NCBI GenBank assembly: GCA_041671225.1
Contig: JBAZBY010000001.1
Location: forward strand, 430,940-494,939
Source: Patescibacteria group bacterium
Lineage (GTDB): Bacteria; Patescibacteriota; Patescibacteriia; JBAZBY01
Reading direction: 5' to 3'
DNA: 64,000 nt
Within the stretch, counting starts at the first letter, position 1. Every line of letters starts with the position of its first letter. The notes below the pieces were generated by a model, which worked only from the letters and a program-made list of their open reading frames with translations, was not told the DNA's origin and searched no databases. Made by a program: the position numbers and the translations under genes. Positions 9,101 through 18,429 of this stretch are shown here, piece after piece.

Positions 9101-12100
9101 ATACTCTCTCTATTGGTGCTGGGCGAACCGTGACACTTTCAGGAACGCTGACTATGCCTGGGACCATTTCCGGTGAGGGGCGGCTGACATATCAGAATGC
9201 TGCCGCATTCCCGACCACCGGGACGATATCCTCCATCCTGCGCTTTGACGCGACGAACAACGACCAGACGATGAGCACCCGGGTGTATTCCGGTGCGGTG
9301 GAGATCGTGAACTCCTCGGATGCCGCGGCACGAACCGTGACCATGAGCGCTGGTGACACATACTTCCTGAGCGATCTGACGCTTGCAGCGAACGGAACGC
9401 AGAATGTGACGCTGAATGCTGCGACGAACAGCGCCACTCCATCCGTTGGGGGCAATATTGATTTCAATGGTACAGGAGCAGGGACGGAGATCATTGTGAG
9501 TGGTGCTCAGCAGTGGGTTGTTACAGGCGACGTCGATTTCACCGGAGGGACGTACACTGCGAGTGCTGGGAACACCTTCGCTATGGATGGTATTGGGAAG
9601 GTACTCACTTCAGCTGGCACGACCTTCCAGCATTTCGCGCCATACGGTGACATCACCCTCGCCGATGCGCTGGTGGTTGCCGGGGACGTGACTGCCGCAG
9701 GGAACTTTGACGCCGCGGGCAAAGCGATCACTGTGAGCGGGAGCTGGGATGGTAGCGCCGGTGCATTCACTCCTAATGGTAACATCGTCACATTTGATGC
9801 GACTGCTGCAGGTAAGACCATCATCACCGGTGGCTCGTCGTTCTACGATGTTGATTTCAACAGTGCGAGCGGCGGGTGGACCGTGCAGACCGATGACATG
9901 GTGACGCATGACCTCACACTGACTGACGCAGCGAGTTTCACGCTTGAAAGCGGCCGCACGCTCACCGTGCAAGGCAACTTCACCAACAGCGTCCCGAGCA
10001 CAACAACCTGGACCGGCACCACGTTGTATTTGAACGGCAGCGGTGGGTTGCAGACCATCAACACCAAGGGCAGCGGTGACACGTACGCGACACTGCGGAT
10101 CGGCGCGAGCGAAGACATTGCGATGTGGGATTCCAGCGCCGGGACAGTGACCACTGACGCCGGCGGTTGTCTGCTCTCGCAAGATGATGCAGGGACGGCC
10201 GGACGCCTGAACATCTACGGCACCTGTAACTCACGTGCGAACGAGTATTGGGCGTATGCGACGGATTTTGACGGGACGGCGCTCGGCGGCGCATCGCGGC
10301 AGGCAGACGTGCGCTTTGCAGACGGCGCGAGCTTCACCGTGGATGCAGGGGACACGCTCCAGGTTCTTGGCCAGAGCGCGAGCGCAAACCGCACGGCCAT
10401 TACACGGCAAAGCACTGGCAATTATGGCGTGAGCGTTGACGGAACGCTGTCCGCGCAGTATTACGATTTTGATTATTTGAATGCAAGCGGACTGAACATC
10501 ACATCCACAGCAACCGTGAGCGAACTTTCCGACGGGAGTTATGACAACAATGCTGCCGGCGCTTCGTCCGCCTATATAACGGTTACCGGTAACACATCAG
10601 CCACCACCTTCACCAATATCGTTTTTGATTCTGCTGGCGACGGCGCTGATGCGAACGTCGTCTATAACGTGAACGCTGACGGCAGCGGCATTGACTGGAC
10701 CTTTCTTGCAGCAGCAGGAAATAAGAACGGCGAAAGCTTTGACCGCGAGGTCAATGGCGCCAGCGTTGTGTGGACGGAAATATTCACCGCAGTGAATGAC
10801 GGCCTGACTGGCGATGCTGACTTTTCCAATGACACTGACACCCTTTCTGCCAATTGGGCCATGGATGATGAGACCGGCATCGACCACTACGAATATGCCT
10901 TTGGCACAACCCAAGGCGGAACCGATGTCGTGAACTTTACGAATGCAGGGCTTGCCACGGTTGCAACGGAAAACAACCTTGCGTTGGTGGATGGCACAAC
11001 GTATTACGCGACCATCCGTGCGATCAACGCCGGGGACGACGTGATGGAAGAAGCATCCAGTAATGGCGTGGTGGTGGACACGGCAGCTGCAACATTCTCC
11101 AATATTCAAGATTCCGCAACCACAACAACCATCACCATCACCTGGGACAGCTCAGAAGGGACCACAACCCAGGTTCGTTATGGAATCACGGCCGGGTATG
11201 GCAGTGCAACGATAGCAGACCCCGCTTTGCTCACCGAGCACAGCGCGACCATCAGCGGGCTCAATGAAGACACCACATATCATTACCAGTTGGTCGGCGT
11301 TGACCGCGCAGGCAATGAAACAACATCTGCAGACCGCACCATTGTAACAGATGGCCTTGACCCCACGGTCATCACCAACACGCAATCCACTGTACTTTCA
11401 TCCACATCGGTTCTCATCACGTGGGACACCAACCACCTTGCGGACTCCAAGGTGCGGTATGGGCTCACCACCGCATACGGCCTTGAGGAATACGATGCGA
11501 CGCTCGTTACCAGCCACTCCATGACGCTCACCGGGCTTGAACCCGGAGTGCAGTATCATTACGAAGTGCTTTCCGTGGGCAATACCAGCACGAACGATGC
11601 CGATGCGACATTCATCACCGATGCAGAAGAACCAGAACCAGAGCCTGAACCAGAGGATGAACTGACTCCAGTTGAAAATGTTGAACTCAATGGCGAGGCA
11701 GCACAAACCGGAGATGATTTCAATCTCATCTTTATTCCCAAATCAGGAACTCTTATCTTTATCGGTACCGCAGAGTCGAATGCAACCGTTCGCATTCGTC
11801 TTGATGGATTCTACACGGCCAGCACCACATCAGATGCAGATGGAAATTGGGAGATCATCATCAGCGTAAAAAGCACTCCATTGGAATTTGGCGAACACAT
11901 TGCTGAAGCCCGTGTGCTGAAGAACGGACACAGCACGTCATACGAGCGCATTGCGGAATTCCAGTTGACGTCGGAGCGGTACCTCGCCTCCCCGACTATT
12001 CTTTCACCCGAAGAAGATGAGATTGTTATCTCACTGCGACCCCTTATTACCGGGCTCGCAGAATCAGGCAGCATCATTCATTTCTATATTGATAACGTCT

Positions 12101-12831
12101 TTGTTGGTTCCACAACCACAACGCAGCATGCGTCAGGCACGGGCAGCTTTGCCTTCACGCCGACAGAGGAACTCACTGGCGTCCAGCATACGCTGTATGC
12201 GGTTGCCGTTAGCGGCGACAGCGCCTCCAGAAATTCACCGGATGTGCATTTTACCGTAGAGCTGCCCTTCATCGGCATCACGTTCCTGGATGCATACCTT
12301 GTACAGGCACTGCCGGAACCATATATCGCCTTTGAAGGCATCGGCGCAGGCGGATCGCGCGTCGACTTTTATCTGAACGATGAATTCCTGGATCGCATCG
12401 GCTTGCTCAACGGGCATGATTCCGTGGAGCACTTCACATACAAACTGTATGCCAATAACCTAGTGCCAAAGGATTACACATTATATGCGATCGCATACGA
12501 TGATAGTGGCAAGTCTTCACGAAAATCGAACGTGGTGAGTTTCACCAAGTCCAGTGATGTTGCCGCGTCGATATTAGTGACCAGTCTGGGTAGCGCACCA
12601 GTCCCCGCAACGCCTTCTCCGCAGCCGATATCCCTGCCAACGGTCATTGGAACCGGCCCGGGTGGAACATATACCGTACAGCGCGGAGACAGCTTATGGA
12701 GCATTGCAGAGGCACAGCTTGGCGACGGCTCTCGCTACGACGAAATAATCGCATTGAACCAAGATGCGCATCCGGAGCTGCTCATGGATTCGGGGAGTAT
12801 TTACAGCGGCTGGGTTCTGCGGCTGCCCTAG
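6139..12831 (+). CDS. giant surface adhesin-like protein: N-terminal TMs, 3x tail-collar-like module, beta-helical repeats, Fn3/Ig domains, C-terminal LysM
   Basis: 2230 aa, T/G/S/A/D-rich. Collar-like repeats at 6532-7512. Fn3-like ITW..YG....YHY repeats at about 10800-11620. EPEPEP linker. LysM YTVQRGDSLWSIAE...IY.GW.L.LP. Exact start uncertain. Confidence 0.85.
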   Translation: MIFFVKIKKMNWAAMFRHLKEQRDACLARAQAGGLFVKAIGYIACFVLDIVLVFALIPFSITASPTASFQRVARFSPDKGFIDSYDKHLKYYRASVGTALLAGVGVSLQIIFALATFGILSFSNPTQVNAVDGRMLAFWDASGPVPAGWSCQSCGSGDFYQKFPRGAATYGGTGGGTTHTHAMSYLSMSGTISSPLSLIGGAVVQASKLHTHTYIYDQTMNAGTSLPPYRDMEVIRYDTTGAPATIPAGVILMFDAAPSGSWTRYTDQDGSFIYGENDVTGTGGSETHNHTNVGYTVDASAGNAGIELGDGLGAGSFDAHTHTVSGATTNTVSTLPPYLDVLLYKATGETALPDGAIAMWDDTPADAAWTVNSGASQLFNEKFLRGNSSYTGIAAGSATHGHSNLASVTSGPSGGANNAGSGTKSGASYSHTHSISVTIGAATNYLPPYRDVIIAQYSTDITISGTIRQSNESTAYDCSANNLTVNVSVNGGANSTATCTAADGSFSVSASQPSSAGDPIVVSVDSGESVQATTVTLAADTTSAITDLDLYENRLIVRHEDAGPITNAKLATGDNGDAGIRYGVASSNLTVDNNIELHVWTGDTFIPGGIVTTQGSADFHIDDSATATLATTGNTIAGDAVVDTGATLNLNANTTIDGGAIATAGTGTVATSGTPTVTLHGTGSIGGGSGAIAFYNLTIGDASAAATTMDSDVSIANVLNVDTSDSMTIAASKTVTLGASATVTLNGSILGDGRLIYANISTTFPTSGIISSVLRFDSSSGNITIPARTYGGDVELYSNSGTIRIAPIGTAPGQTITIGGDYIIIADGTADIYSNNLTYAPIMLITGGIDFTGIGSGTERIEGGTSNWTITGGIDFTGGSCGCTTSDFTFNGGGTLNFASNTVDDLTITGTYTVTSGSLAGVNGTLDLTGSTTTLTNTTIWMRGSTGTIIGAGNAFSTLSIGNGSDIITVADSDFSVTANLNILFATDTLSIGAGRTVTLSGTLTMPGTISGEGRLTYQNAAAFPTTGTISSILRFDATNNDQTMSTRVYSGAVEIVNSSDAAARTVTMSAGDTYFLSDLTLAANGTQNVTLNAATNSATPSVGGNIDFNGTGAGTEIIVSGAQQWVVTGDVDFTGGTYTASAGNTFAMDGIGKVLTSAGTTFQHFAPYGDITLADALVVAGDVTAAGNFDAAGKAITVSGSWDGSAGAFTPNGNIVTFDATAAGKTIITGGSSFYDVDFNSASGGWTVQTDDMVTHDLTLTDAASFTLESGRTLTVQGNFTNSVPSTTTWTGTTLYLNGSGGLQTINTKGSGDTYATLRIGASEDIAMWDSSAGTVTTDAGGCLLSQDDAGTAGRLNIYGTCNSRANEYWAYATDFDGTALGGASRQADVRFADGASFTVDAGDTLQVLGQSASANRTAITRQSTGNYGVSVDGTLSAQYYDFDYLNASGLNITSTATVSELSDGSYDNNAAGASSAYITVTGNTSATTFTNIVFDSAGDGADANVVYNVNADGSGIDWTFLAAAGNKNGESFDREVNGASVVWTEIFTAVNDGLTGDADFSNDTDTLSANWAMDDETGIDHYEYAFGTTQGGTDVVNFTNAGLATVATENNLALVDGTTYYATIRAINAGDDVMEEASSNGVVVDTAAATFSNIQDSATTTTITITWDSSEGTTTQVRYGITAGYGSATIADPALLTEHSATISGLNEDTTYHYQLVGVDRAGNETTSADRTIVTDGLDPTVITNTQSTVLSSTSVLITWDTNHLADSKVRYGLTTAYGLEEYDATLVTSHSMTLTGLEPGVQYHYEVLSVGNTSTNDADATFITDAEEPEPEPEPEDELTPVENVELNGEAAQTGDDFNLIFIPKSGTLIFIGTAESNATVRIRLDGFYTASTTSDADGNWEIIISVKSTPLEFGEHIAEARVLKNGHSTSYERIAEFQLTSERYLASPTILSPEEDEIVISLRPLITGLAESGSIIHFYIDNVFVGSTTTTQHASGTGSFAFTPTEELTGVQHTLYAVAVSGDSASRNSPDVHFTVELPFIGITFLDAYLVQALPEPYIAFEGIGAGGSRVDFYLNDEFLDRIGLLNGHDSVEHFTYKLYANNLVPKDYTLYAIAYDDSGKSSRKSNVVSFTKSSDVAASILVTSLGSAPVPATPSPQPISLPTVIGTGPGGTYTVQRGDSLWSIAEAQLGDGSRYDEIIALNQDAHPELLMDSGSIYSGWVLRLP

Positions 12832-12964
12832 AGTGAGCGTACAAAATAAGTGTTCACCATCTTGCCTCATGACTCCAGTAGTCTTTTGACAGCTGGGCGC
12901 CCTTTGCTACACTGATGAACGCGGCATACGCTGCATTCCTTATTACTATTTGAGGAGGAAAGAC

Positions 12965-13345
12965 ATGGGAAAAGAAAACGCAGAGACGATCATTGGTCCA
13001 TCAGTGCATGTGGAAGGGAACTTTCAAGGTGCTGGTGATATTGTCGTAGAGGGGAGTGTTGCTGGAACACTCAAGACCACGAGCAATGTACGTATTGGAG
13101 AGTCAGCAAAAGTGAAGGCTGATATCGAATGCGATACCATTTATGTTGCCGGTGAAGTTCGCGGCAACATCATTGCAAAAGGTCAGCTTGAAATTACGCA
13201 ATCCGGAAAAGTACAGGGCAACGTGGCGTGTACCGTGCTTTCAATTGCGCCGGGAGCAAAGCTCCATGGTAAGTGCGCGATGAACGGTAAGATGGATTCC
13301 AAAGAGGAGGCAGAAGAGCATGCAGACGACCGGAAGAGCGAATAG
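12965..13345 (+). CDS. bactofilin (polymer-forming cytoskeletal protein)
   Basis: ETIIG..V.VEG, GSVAG, GEVRGNI and GAKLHG.C.M repeats. GAGGAGG RBS. TTGACA-16-TACACT promoter at 12886-12913. Confidence 0.9.
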   Translation: MGKENAETIIGPSVHVEGNFQGAGDIVVEGSVAGTLKTTSNVRIGESAKVKADIECDTIYVAGEVRGNIIAKGQLEITQSGKVQGNVACTVLSIAPGAKLHGKCAMNGKMDSKEEAEEHADDRKSE

Positions 13346-14099
13346 CACCTACACGTACTTTTTTGATCAGTTTCTTCGCGAGAAGAAGTACGAAACAGAC
13401 GTGCATCGTATTGAGTCGCGCATTCTTGAGCTTGGCTTGAATGGGAAGATAGAGAAGCTCTCTGTACTCACCAGTGCGCGCGAGATGCTGAAGACTGCTA
13501 TTAGCCGTGGTGCGCAAACCATTGTGGCGGTGGGCAACGACCATACTTTGAGCAAGGTGGTGGACATTATTGCTGGTGAAAAAGTTATTTTAGGCTTTAT
13601 ACCCGTCGGCGATCCGCATGAGACAGCAGATATGCTTGGTATCCCAACAGGCGTCTCAGCCTGTGACGTCCTTTCGCACCGCATCATTATGGAGCTGGAT
13701 ATGGGGGAGGTGAATGACCTCCAACATTTCCTTTTTTCAGTAGAGATTCCGAGCAATTTAGTTGAGATCGAGTGTGACGGCAAGTACACCGTGCGCACAA
13801 AGGCAGAAGGAGGACAGTTTTCCATTCATAATTTTGGTTTGCCAGGCGGCCGCGTGCACAATCCCGCTGATGGGCTATTGGAAACAGTGATCACGAGGTC
13901 CAAGAAAGGAATGTTTTCACTCGGCAGTCGCCGGTTTGAAGAAGAAGGCGTGTTTCCCGTAAAGAAGGTGAAGGTCAGCTGCGCAGGTGATGCGCAAAAT
14001 CTTCTTTTGGATGGTACGACTATTGTGAAGACTCCTGCGACGGTGAAGATTTCTGCGAAGAAGCTCAAGATTATCGTGGGGAAAGGGAGACAGTTCTGA
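13320..14099 (+). CDS. diacylglycerol/lipid kinase family protein (YegS/BmrU-like)
   Basis: IVAVGNDHT (GGDGT variant), GFIP.G, LGIP, D.G.VN and DGLLE motifs. Confidence 0.7.
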   Translation: MQTTGRANSTYTYFFDQFLREKKYETDVHRIESRILELGLNGKIEKLSVLTSAREMLKTAISRGAQTIVAVGNDHTLSKVVDIIAGEKVILGFIPVGDPHETADMLGIPTGVSACDVLSHRIIMELDMGEVNDLQHFLFSVEIPSNLVEIECDGKYTVRTKAEGGQFSIHNFGLPGGRVHNPADGLLETVITRSKKGMFSLGSRRFEEEGVFPVKKVKVSCAGDAQNLLLDGTTIVKTPATVKISAKKLKIIVGKGRQF

Positions 14100-14147
14100 A
14101 GAAGGTTGTAGTGAGTAGGTGGTAGGGAGTTTTTTTATATTAAAAAC

Positions 14148-14176
14148 TTGCAATTTGGCCAAAAACGTGCTATACT
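14148..14176 (+). promoter_or_regulatory. sigma70 promoter with extended -10 driving a non-coding region
   Basis: TTGCAA-17-TATACT preceded by TG. Confidence 0.7.
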
Positions 14177-14182
14177 ACTGCA

Positions 14183-14480
14183 AGCTCGATCGACAAACTA
14201 GTCCGTATGGCCAATACGGACACAACATGGCCATAATAACGCGACGGCGTTAGACAATTTCGAGCAAATTCTTATGGGATCGCTCGCACAAGCGATCTCG
14301 TGCACATCCACGTACGCCCAACCCCATAGGTTGAAGTACAGGATAACAATCGTACATTCCTATTCGGTTCATCGCTGCAATGCAGCTGAACTGATCGCCG
14401 TATACCGGCGCGCCGGCTAGTTCCCGGCAACACTTTAAGGCCCTAGGGGGCCATGACGTGCCCCTGCGGGCCTTTTTCTT
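14183..14480 (+). ncRNA. candidate structured ncRNA of unknown family
   Basis: About eight consecutive stems and a possible pseudoknot between its own promoter and a terminator; no convincing ORF. Confidence 0.5.
14437..14480 (+). terminator. intrinsic terminator
   Basis: AAGGCCC..AGGGGGC-loop-GCCCCT..GGGCCTTTTTCTT. Confidence 0.75.
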
Positions 14481-14545
14481 ACCCAAAATATTGACGAAAA
14501 CGTTTATTTTCCGTATCCTTTGGTAGATTCACTGGGGTTTTATCT

Positions 14546-16381
14546 ATGGCCGAAGAAGAAGTACAAGAAAAAGAGATTAAGGGCGAGCCAATTGCCATCG
14601 GCAAAACGGTGGTGATTAAGGATTTAGCAGAAAAACTTGGTGTTGCGCCCACCAATGTGATTACCGAGCTCATGAAGAACGGCATTATGTCCGGTCAGAA
14701 TGAACGGATTGATTTTGATACTGCCACGATTATAGCCGCAGAGTTCCAACGGGAGGTTCTTCAAGAAGATGAAGACGCCGGTGAGCAGGCAGAAGGTATT
14801 GCAAAGCTTGAGGAAGAACTTGCAAGTCAGGAAAAAATGATCAAGCGCGCACCGGTCGTCGTTGTGATGGGCCACGTGGATCATGGTAAAACAAAGTTGC
14901 TTGATGCGATTCGCCAGACGGACGTTGTAGCAGGAGAAGCGGGCGGAATCACGCAGCACATTGGTGCGTACCAAGTGGTGAAAAAAAATCGCGAGCTCAC
15001 CTTTATTGATACACCAGGCCACGAAGCGTTTACCGCCATGCGGTCGCGCGGCGCGCGCGTCGCGGACATTGCGATTCTTGTGGTTGCCGCAGATGATGGG
15101 ATTCAACCGCAGACAAAAGAAGCGTTGCAAATTATTCAGAAGGCGGGGTTGCCGATGGTGGTTGCCATCAATAAAATCGACCGCGTAGAAGCGAATATCG
15201 ACCGCGTGAAAACGCAATTTGCTGAGTTGGGTATTCAGGCTGAGGATTGGGGCGGCAAGATCGTTATGGTGCCTATCTCTGCAAAAGAAGGTACGGGCAT
15301 CGATGACCTATTGGAAAATCTTTTATTGGTTGCTGATGTGGAAGAGAAGCGCATCATGGCAGATCCTACTCGCCGCGCCATTGGCACTATTATTGAATCA
15401 CACGTTGATGCTGGTGAAGGCGCTGCCGCGACCGTGCTTGTGCAGGCTGGTACGCTCCACGTGGGCGATAATATCATTGTTGGTAAGACTTTTGGTAAGG
15501 CGCGAACGCTCAAAGATTGGCGTGGCAAGCATGTGAAGGAAGCGCCACCATCTTTCCCTGTGCAGATTTTGGGTCTAAAAGGCAGCCCACAGGTTGGTGA
15601 TGTGCTTGAGGTTGCAGTGAATGATAAAGAGTTTCGCCGTATGCGAAAGCGTTCCGCGCAGGATCGCACTGTTCATCAAGATACTAAGGCAGCGCAAGAA
15701 GCAAATGCAAGCAGCATGACAGATGAAAATGGCGATAAGAAGGAAGATGGAAAGGAAATCGCTGAACTCAATATTGTCCTGAAGGCTGACACGCTTGGTT
15801 CTTTGGAAGCAATTGAAGCACAGATCAGCAAGCTTCATCATGATGATATTCACATCAAGCTCGTTGCCAAAGGACTTGGGAATATAACAGAAGCGGACGT
15901 GCTTCGCGCAGAAACAGCAAATGGTATTTTGTTGGGGTTCAACGTGCCGGCACAACAAGCAGCAGAGGATGTGGCGGGCGGTAAGCACATGGAGATCAAG
16001 ACTTTCAATATCATTTATGATCTCGTTGATGACGTGATTGCCCAGGCGGAATCGCGTCTTTCACCAGAAGTATTGGAAGATACACACGGAGAAATGACGG
16101 TCCTTGCGGTTTTCTTCACTAAAAAGAGGGAGCAGATTTTTGGTGGACGCATTACCAAGGGTACGATGAAGAATCCTTCTATGCTCAAGATCATGCGCGC
16201 TGGAGTAGAAGTGGCGCGCGGCAAACTCACTGAACTTGAATCAAATAAAGTGAAATCAAAGAGCGTTTCGGAAGGTTCTGAATGTGGCGTGAAGTATGAA
16301 GGTCCTGGCTTGGTGCAAGTGGGCGACATTGTACGATCCTACACACGCAAGGAGATTAAGAAAACACTCGAAGTACGCTAA
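14546..16381 (+). CDS. infB: translation initiation factor IF-2 (short form)
   Basis: [31 protein letters not shown]. Own promoter TTGACG-17-TATCCT at about 14491. Confidence 0.97.
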   Translation: MAEEEVQEKEIKGEPIAIGKTVVIKDLAEKLGVAPTNVITELMKNGIMSGQNERIDFDTATIIAAEFQREVLQEDEDAGEQAEGIAKLEEELASQEKMIKRAPVVVVMGHVDHGKTKLLDAIRQTDVVAGEAGGITQHIGAYQVVKKNRELTFIDTPGHEAFTAMRSRGARVADIAILVVAADDGIQPQTKEALQIIQKAGLPMVVAINKIDRVEANIDRVKTQFAELGIQAEDWGGKIVMVPISAKEGTGIDDLLENLLLVADVEEKRIMADPTRRAIGTIIESHVDAGEGAAATVLVQAGTLHVGDNIIVGKTFGKARTLKDWRGKHVKEAPPSFPVQILGLKGSPQVGDVLEVAVNDKEFRRMRKRSAQDRTVHQDTKAAQEANASSMTDENGDKKEDGKEIAELNIVLKADTLGSLEAIEAQISKLHHDDIHIKLVAKGLGNITEADVLRAETANGILLGFNVPAQQAAEDVAGGKHMEIKTFNIIYDLVDDVIAQAESRLSPEVLEDTHGEMTVLAVFFTKKREQIFGGRITKGTMKNPSMLKIMRAGVEVARGKLTELESNKVKSKSVSEGSECGVKYEGPGLVQVGDIVRSYTRKEIKKTLEVR

Positions 16382-16387
16382 GCCCAT

Positions 16388-16732
16388 ATGCCTGCCGGCA
16401 GAATGGAAAAGGTGAACGCATTGATTGCGCAAGAGCTTGCACAGGCATTTCAGCATGACGTGGAATTCCCCAAAGGCACTGTGGTCAGTATTATGGAAGT
16501 CATGACATCGCGTGATTTGCGCCATGCGCAGGTGCATCTTTCTATTCTCCCTGAAGCAAAAACAGAAGAGGTGCTTGATGCACTCATCGAAGCAAAAAGT
16601 GATCTTGAGGACTCGCTGCATCGGCGATTGATCATGAAGTACACCCCGAGGCTTGCCTATCGGTTGGATCATTCCATGGCCCGGCAGGAACACATTGATG
16701 TCTTACTTGACAGGCTGAAGTCTGAAGAGTAA
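16388..16732 (+). CDS. rbfA: 30S ribosome-binding factor A
   Basis: R.EKVN, S.DLRHA.V, KYTPRL...LD.S; follows infB. Confidence 0.92.
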   Translation: MPAGRMEKVNALIAQELAQAFQHDVEFPKGTVVSIMEVMTSRDLRHAQVHLSILPEAKTEEVLDALIEAKSDLEDSLHRRLIMKYTPRLAYRLDHSMARQEHIDVLLDRLKSEE

Positions 16733-16743
16733 GTTCTTCAGTT

Positions 16744-17742
16744 ATGAAAAATCATTTTAAGGAAATCGAGCGTACGCTCCAGGGGGCTGGCCGCATTCTT
16801 CTTGCGAGCCATGAAAACCCTGATGGCGATGGGCTTGGTTCCATGCTTGCTTTTTCCTATTATCTTGATGTCCAGCAGATTCCCCATACCTGTTTTTCTA
16901 CGCACCCTATCCCTCGCATGTATCATTTTCTTCCGGGAATTACACGGTTCACGGTTGGTGAAGATACCATTGCCCTGAGCGATCATGACGTTGTGGTATT
17001 TTTTGATATTGGCGATGTGAAGCGTTCGCGCTTTGCAGACAGACTCAGACAACAAAAAGAGAAAACGAAGGTCATTAATATCGATCACCACCCCACAAAG
17101 ATGGATGTGGATGGCGTGAATGTGGTGGACATTGCGGTGATTGATACTGCAGCATCTGCAACAACACAAATGGTACACCAATATTTTGAACTTGTGGGCC
17201 ATACTTTGAATCAGGCAGCAGCAACATGCCTTATGACCGGTCTTGCAACAGACACCGGTAACTTTTCAAACCTCGGCACCACTGAGGAATCAATGTGGCT
17301 AGGTTCCAAATTGCTATTATCTGGCGCACGGTTTAATCGTATAACACTGCAGACGCTCAAGAGTAAACCGCTTGCCGATCTCAAATTGTGGGGCCGCGCA
17401 CTCGAAAGATTGAAAGAGGATCCGAAGACGAAGATGGTAACAACCGCATTATTTTTAAAGGATCTTGAGGAATGCGGAGTGAATGAAGACGCTGCAGAGG
17501 GTATTTCCAATTTTTTGAATGAACTCGAAGGCGGTAAGATTATATGCGTGTTTCGCGAAAAAGAAGGTGGCGAGGTGAAGGCGAGCATGCGCACCACGGC
17601 GCCTGATGGTGACGTGCGGAGCATTGCGGAACGTTTTGGTGGCGGCGGGCACATGAAAGCCGCGGGGTATACAGTGAAGGGGACGCTCGTGAAAGGCGAG
17701 AACGCCTGGGAGATTCAGCAAGACAAAAAGCCCTTAATCTGA
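16744..17742 (+). CDS. nrnA: DHH/DHHA1 bifunctional oligoribonuclease/PAP phosphatase
   Basis: HENPDGD, NIDHH, TDTG.F and FGGGGH.KAAG motifs. Confidence 0.9.
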   Translation: MKNHFKEIERTLQGAGRILLASHENPDGDGLGSMLAFSYYLDVQQIPHTCFSTHPIPRMYHFLPGITRFTVGEDTIALSDHDVVVFFDIGDVKRSRFADRLRQQKEKTKVINIDHHPTKMDVDGVNVVDIAVIDTAASATTQMVHQYFELVGHTLNQAAATCLMTGLATDTGNFSNLGTTEESMWLGSKLLLSGARFNRITLQTLKSKPLADLKLWGRALERLKEDPKTKMVTTALFLKDLEECGVNEDAAEGISNFLNELEGGKIICVFREKEGGEVKASMRTTAPDGDVRSIAERFGGGGHMKAAGYTVKGTLVKGENAWEIQQDKKPLI

Positions 17743-17775
17743 TAAAATAGCTTCGTTATACTATTCAACGATCCT

Positions 17776-18360
17776 ATGCCACTTATTCCAATGGTTGTCG
17801 AAAAGTCATCGTTTGGGGAACGGGCGTACGATATTTATTCGCGTCTTTTAAAGGAGCGCATCATCTTTCTCGGCGAGCCTATTGATGATACGGTTGCCAA
17901 TATCGTGATCGCGCAGATGCTCTTTTTGGAGAGCGAAGATAAGAGCAAGGATATCAAGCTCTATATCAACTCGCCGGGCGGTTCCGTGACTGCCGGCATG
18001 GCCATTTATGACACCATGCAGTATGTGAAGTCTCCGGTGATGACCATCTGCATTGGCATGGCGGCAAGCATGGCAGCCGTGCTTCTTTCTGCCGGCGCCA
18101 AAGGCAAGCGACTTGGGCTGCCGAATTCTGAAATGCTCTTGCATCAGATCATGGGCGGTGCAGAAGGCCAGGCAGCGGATATCAAGATCCAGGCGGAGCA
18201 CATCCTCCGCATCCGCGAACGGCTGGATAAGATCCTCGCCAAACACACCGGGCAGCCCTTGCCAAAAATTCAGAAGGATACGGATCGTGATTTTTGGATG
18301 ACCGCCGAGGAAGCCAAGAAATACGGTGTCATTGATAAAATCGTTGATAAAGCGCCGTAA
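17776..18360 (+). CDS. clpP: ATP-dependent Clp protease proteolytic subunit
   Basis: [34 protein letters not shown]. Confidence 0.98.
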   Translation: MPLIPMVVEKSSFGERAYDIYSRLLKERIIFLGEPIDDTVANIVIAQMLFLESEDKSKDIKLYINSPGGSVTAGMAIYDTMQYVKSPVMTICIGMAASMAAVLLSAGAKGKRLGLPNSEMLLHQIMGGAEGQAADIKIQAEHILRIRERLDKILAKHTGQPLPKIQKDTDRDFWMTAEEAKKYGVIDKIVDKAP

Positions 18361-18429
18361 ACCACTCGCGCATTCGCGCTCGGGTTCACGGCAAGCCATT
18401 CGTTATAAAATATTTAAGGGGATTTCTAT

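Noticed and set aside
14274-14420. 48-codon ORF (MGSLAQAISCT...) inside the structured intergenic region, and the minus-strand 78-aa ORF
   Set aside because: No RBS, no recognisable motifs, and it overlaps dense stems; an RNA explanation fits better, though coding is not excluded.
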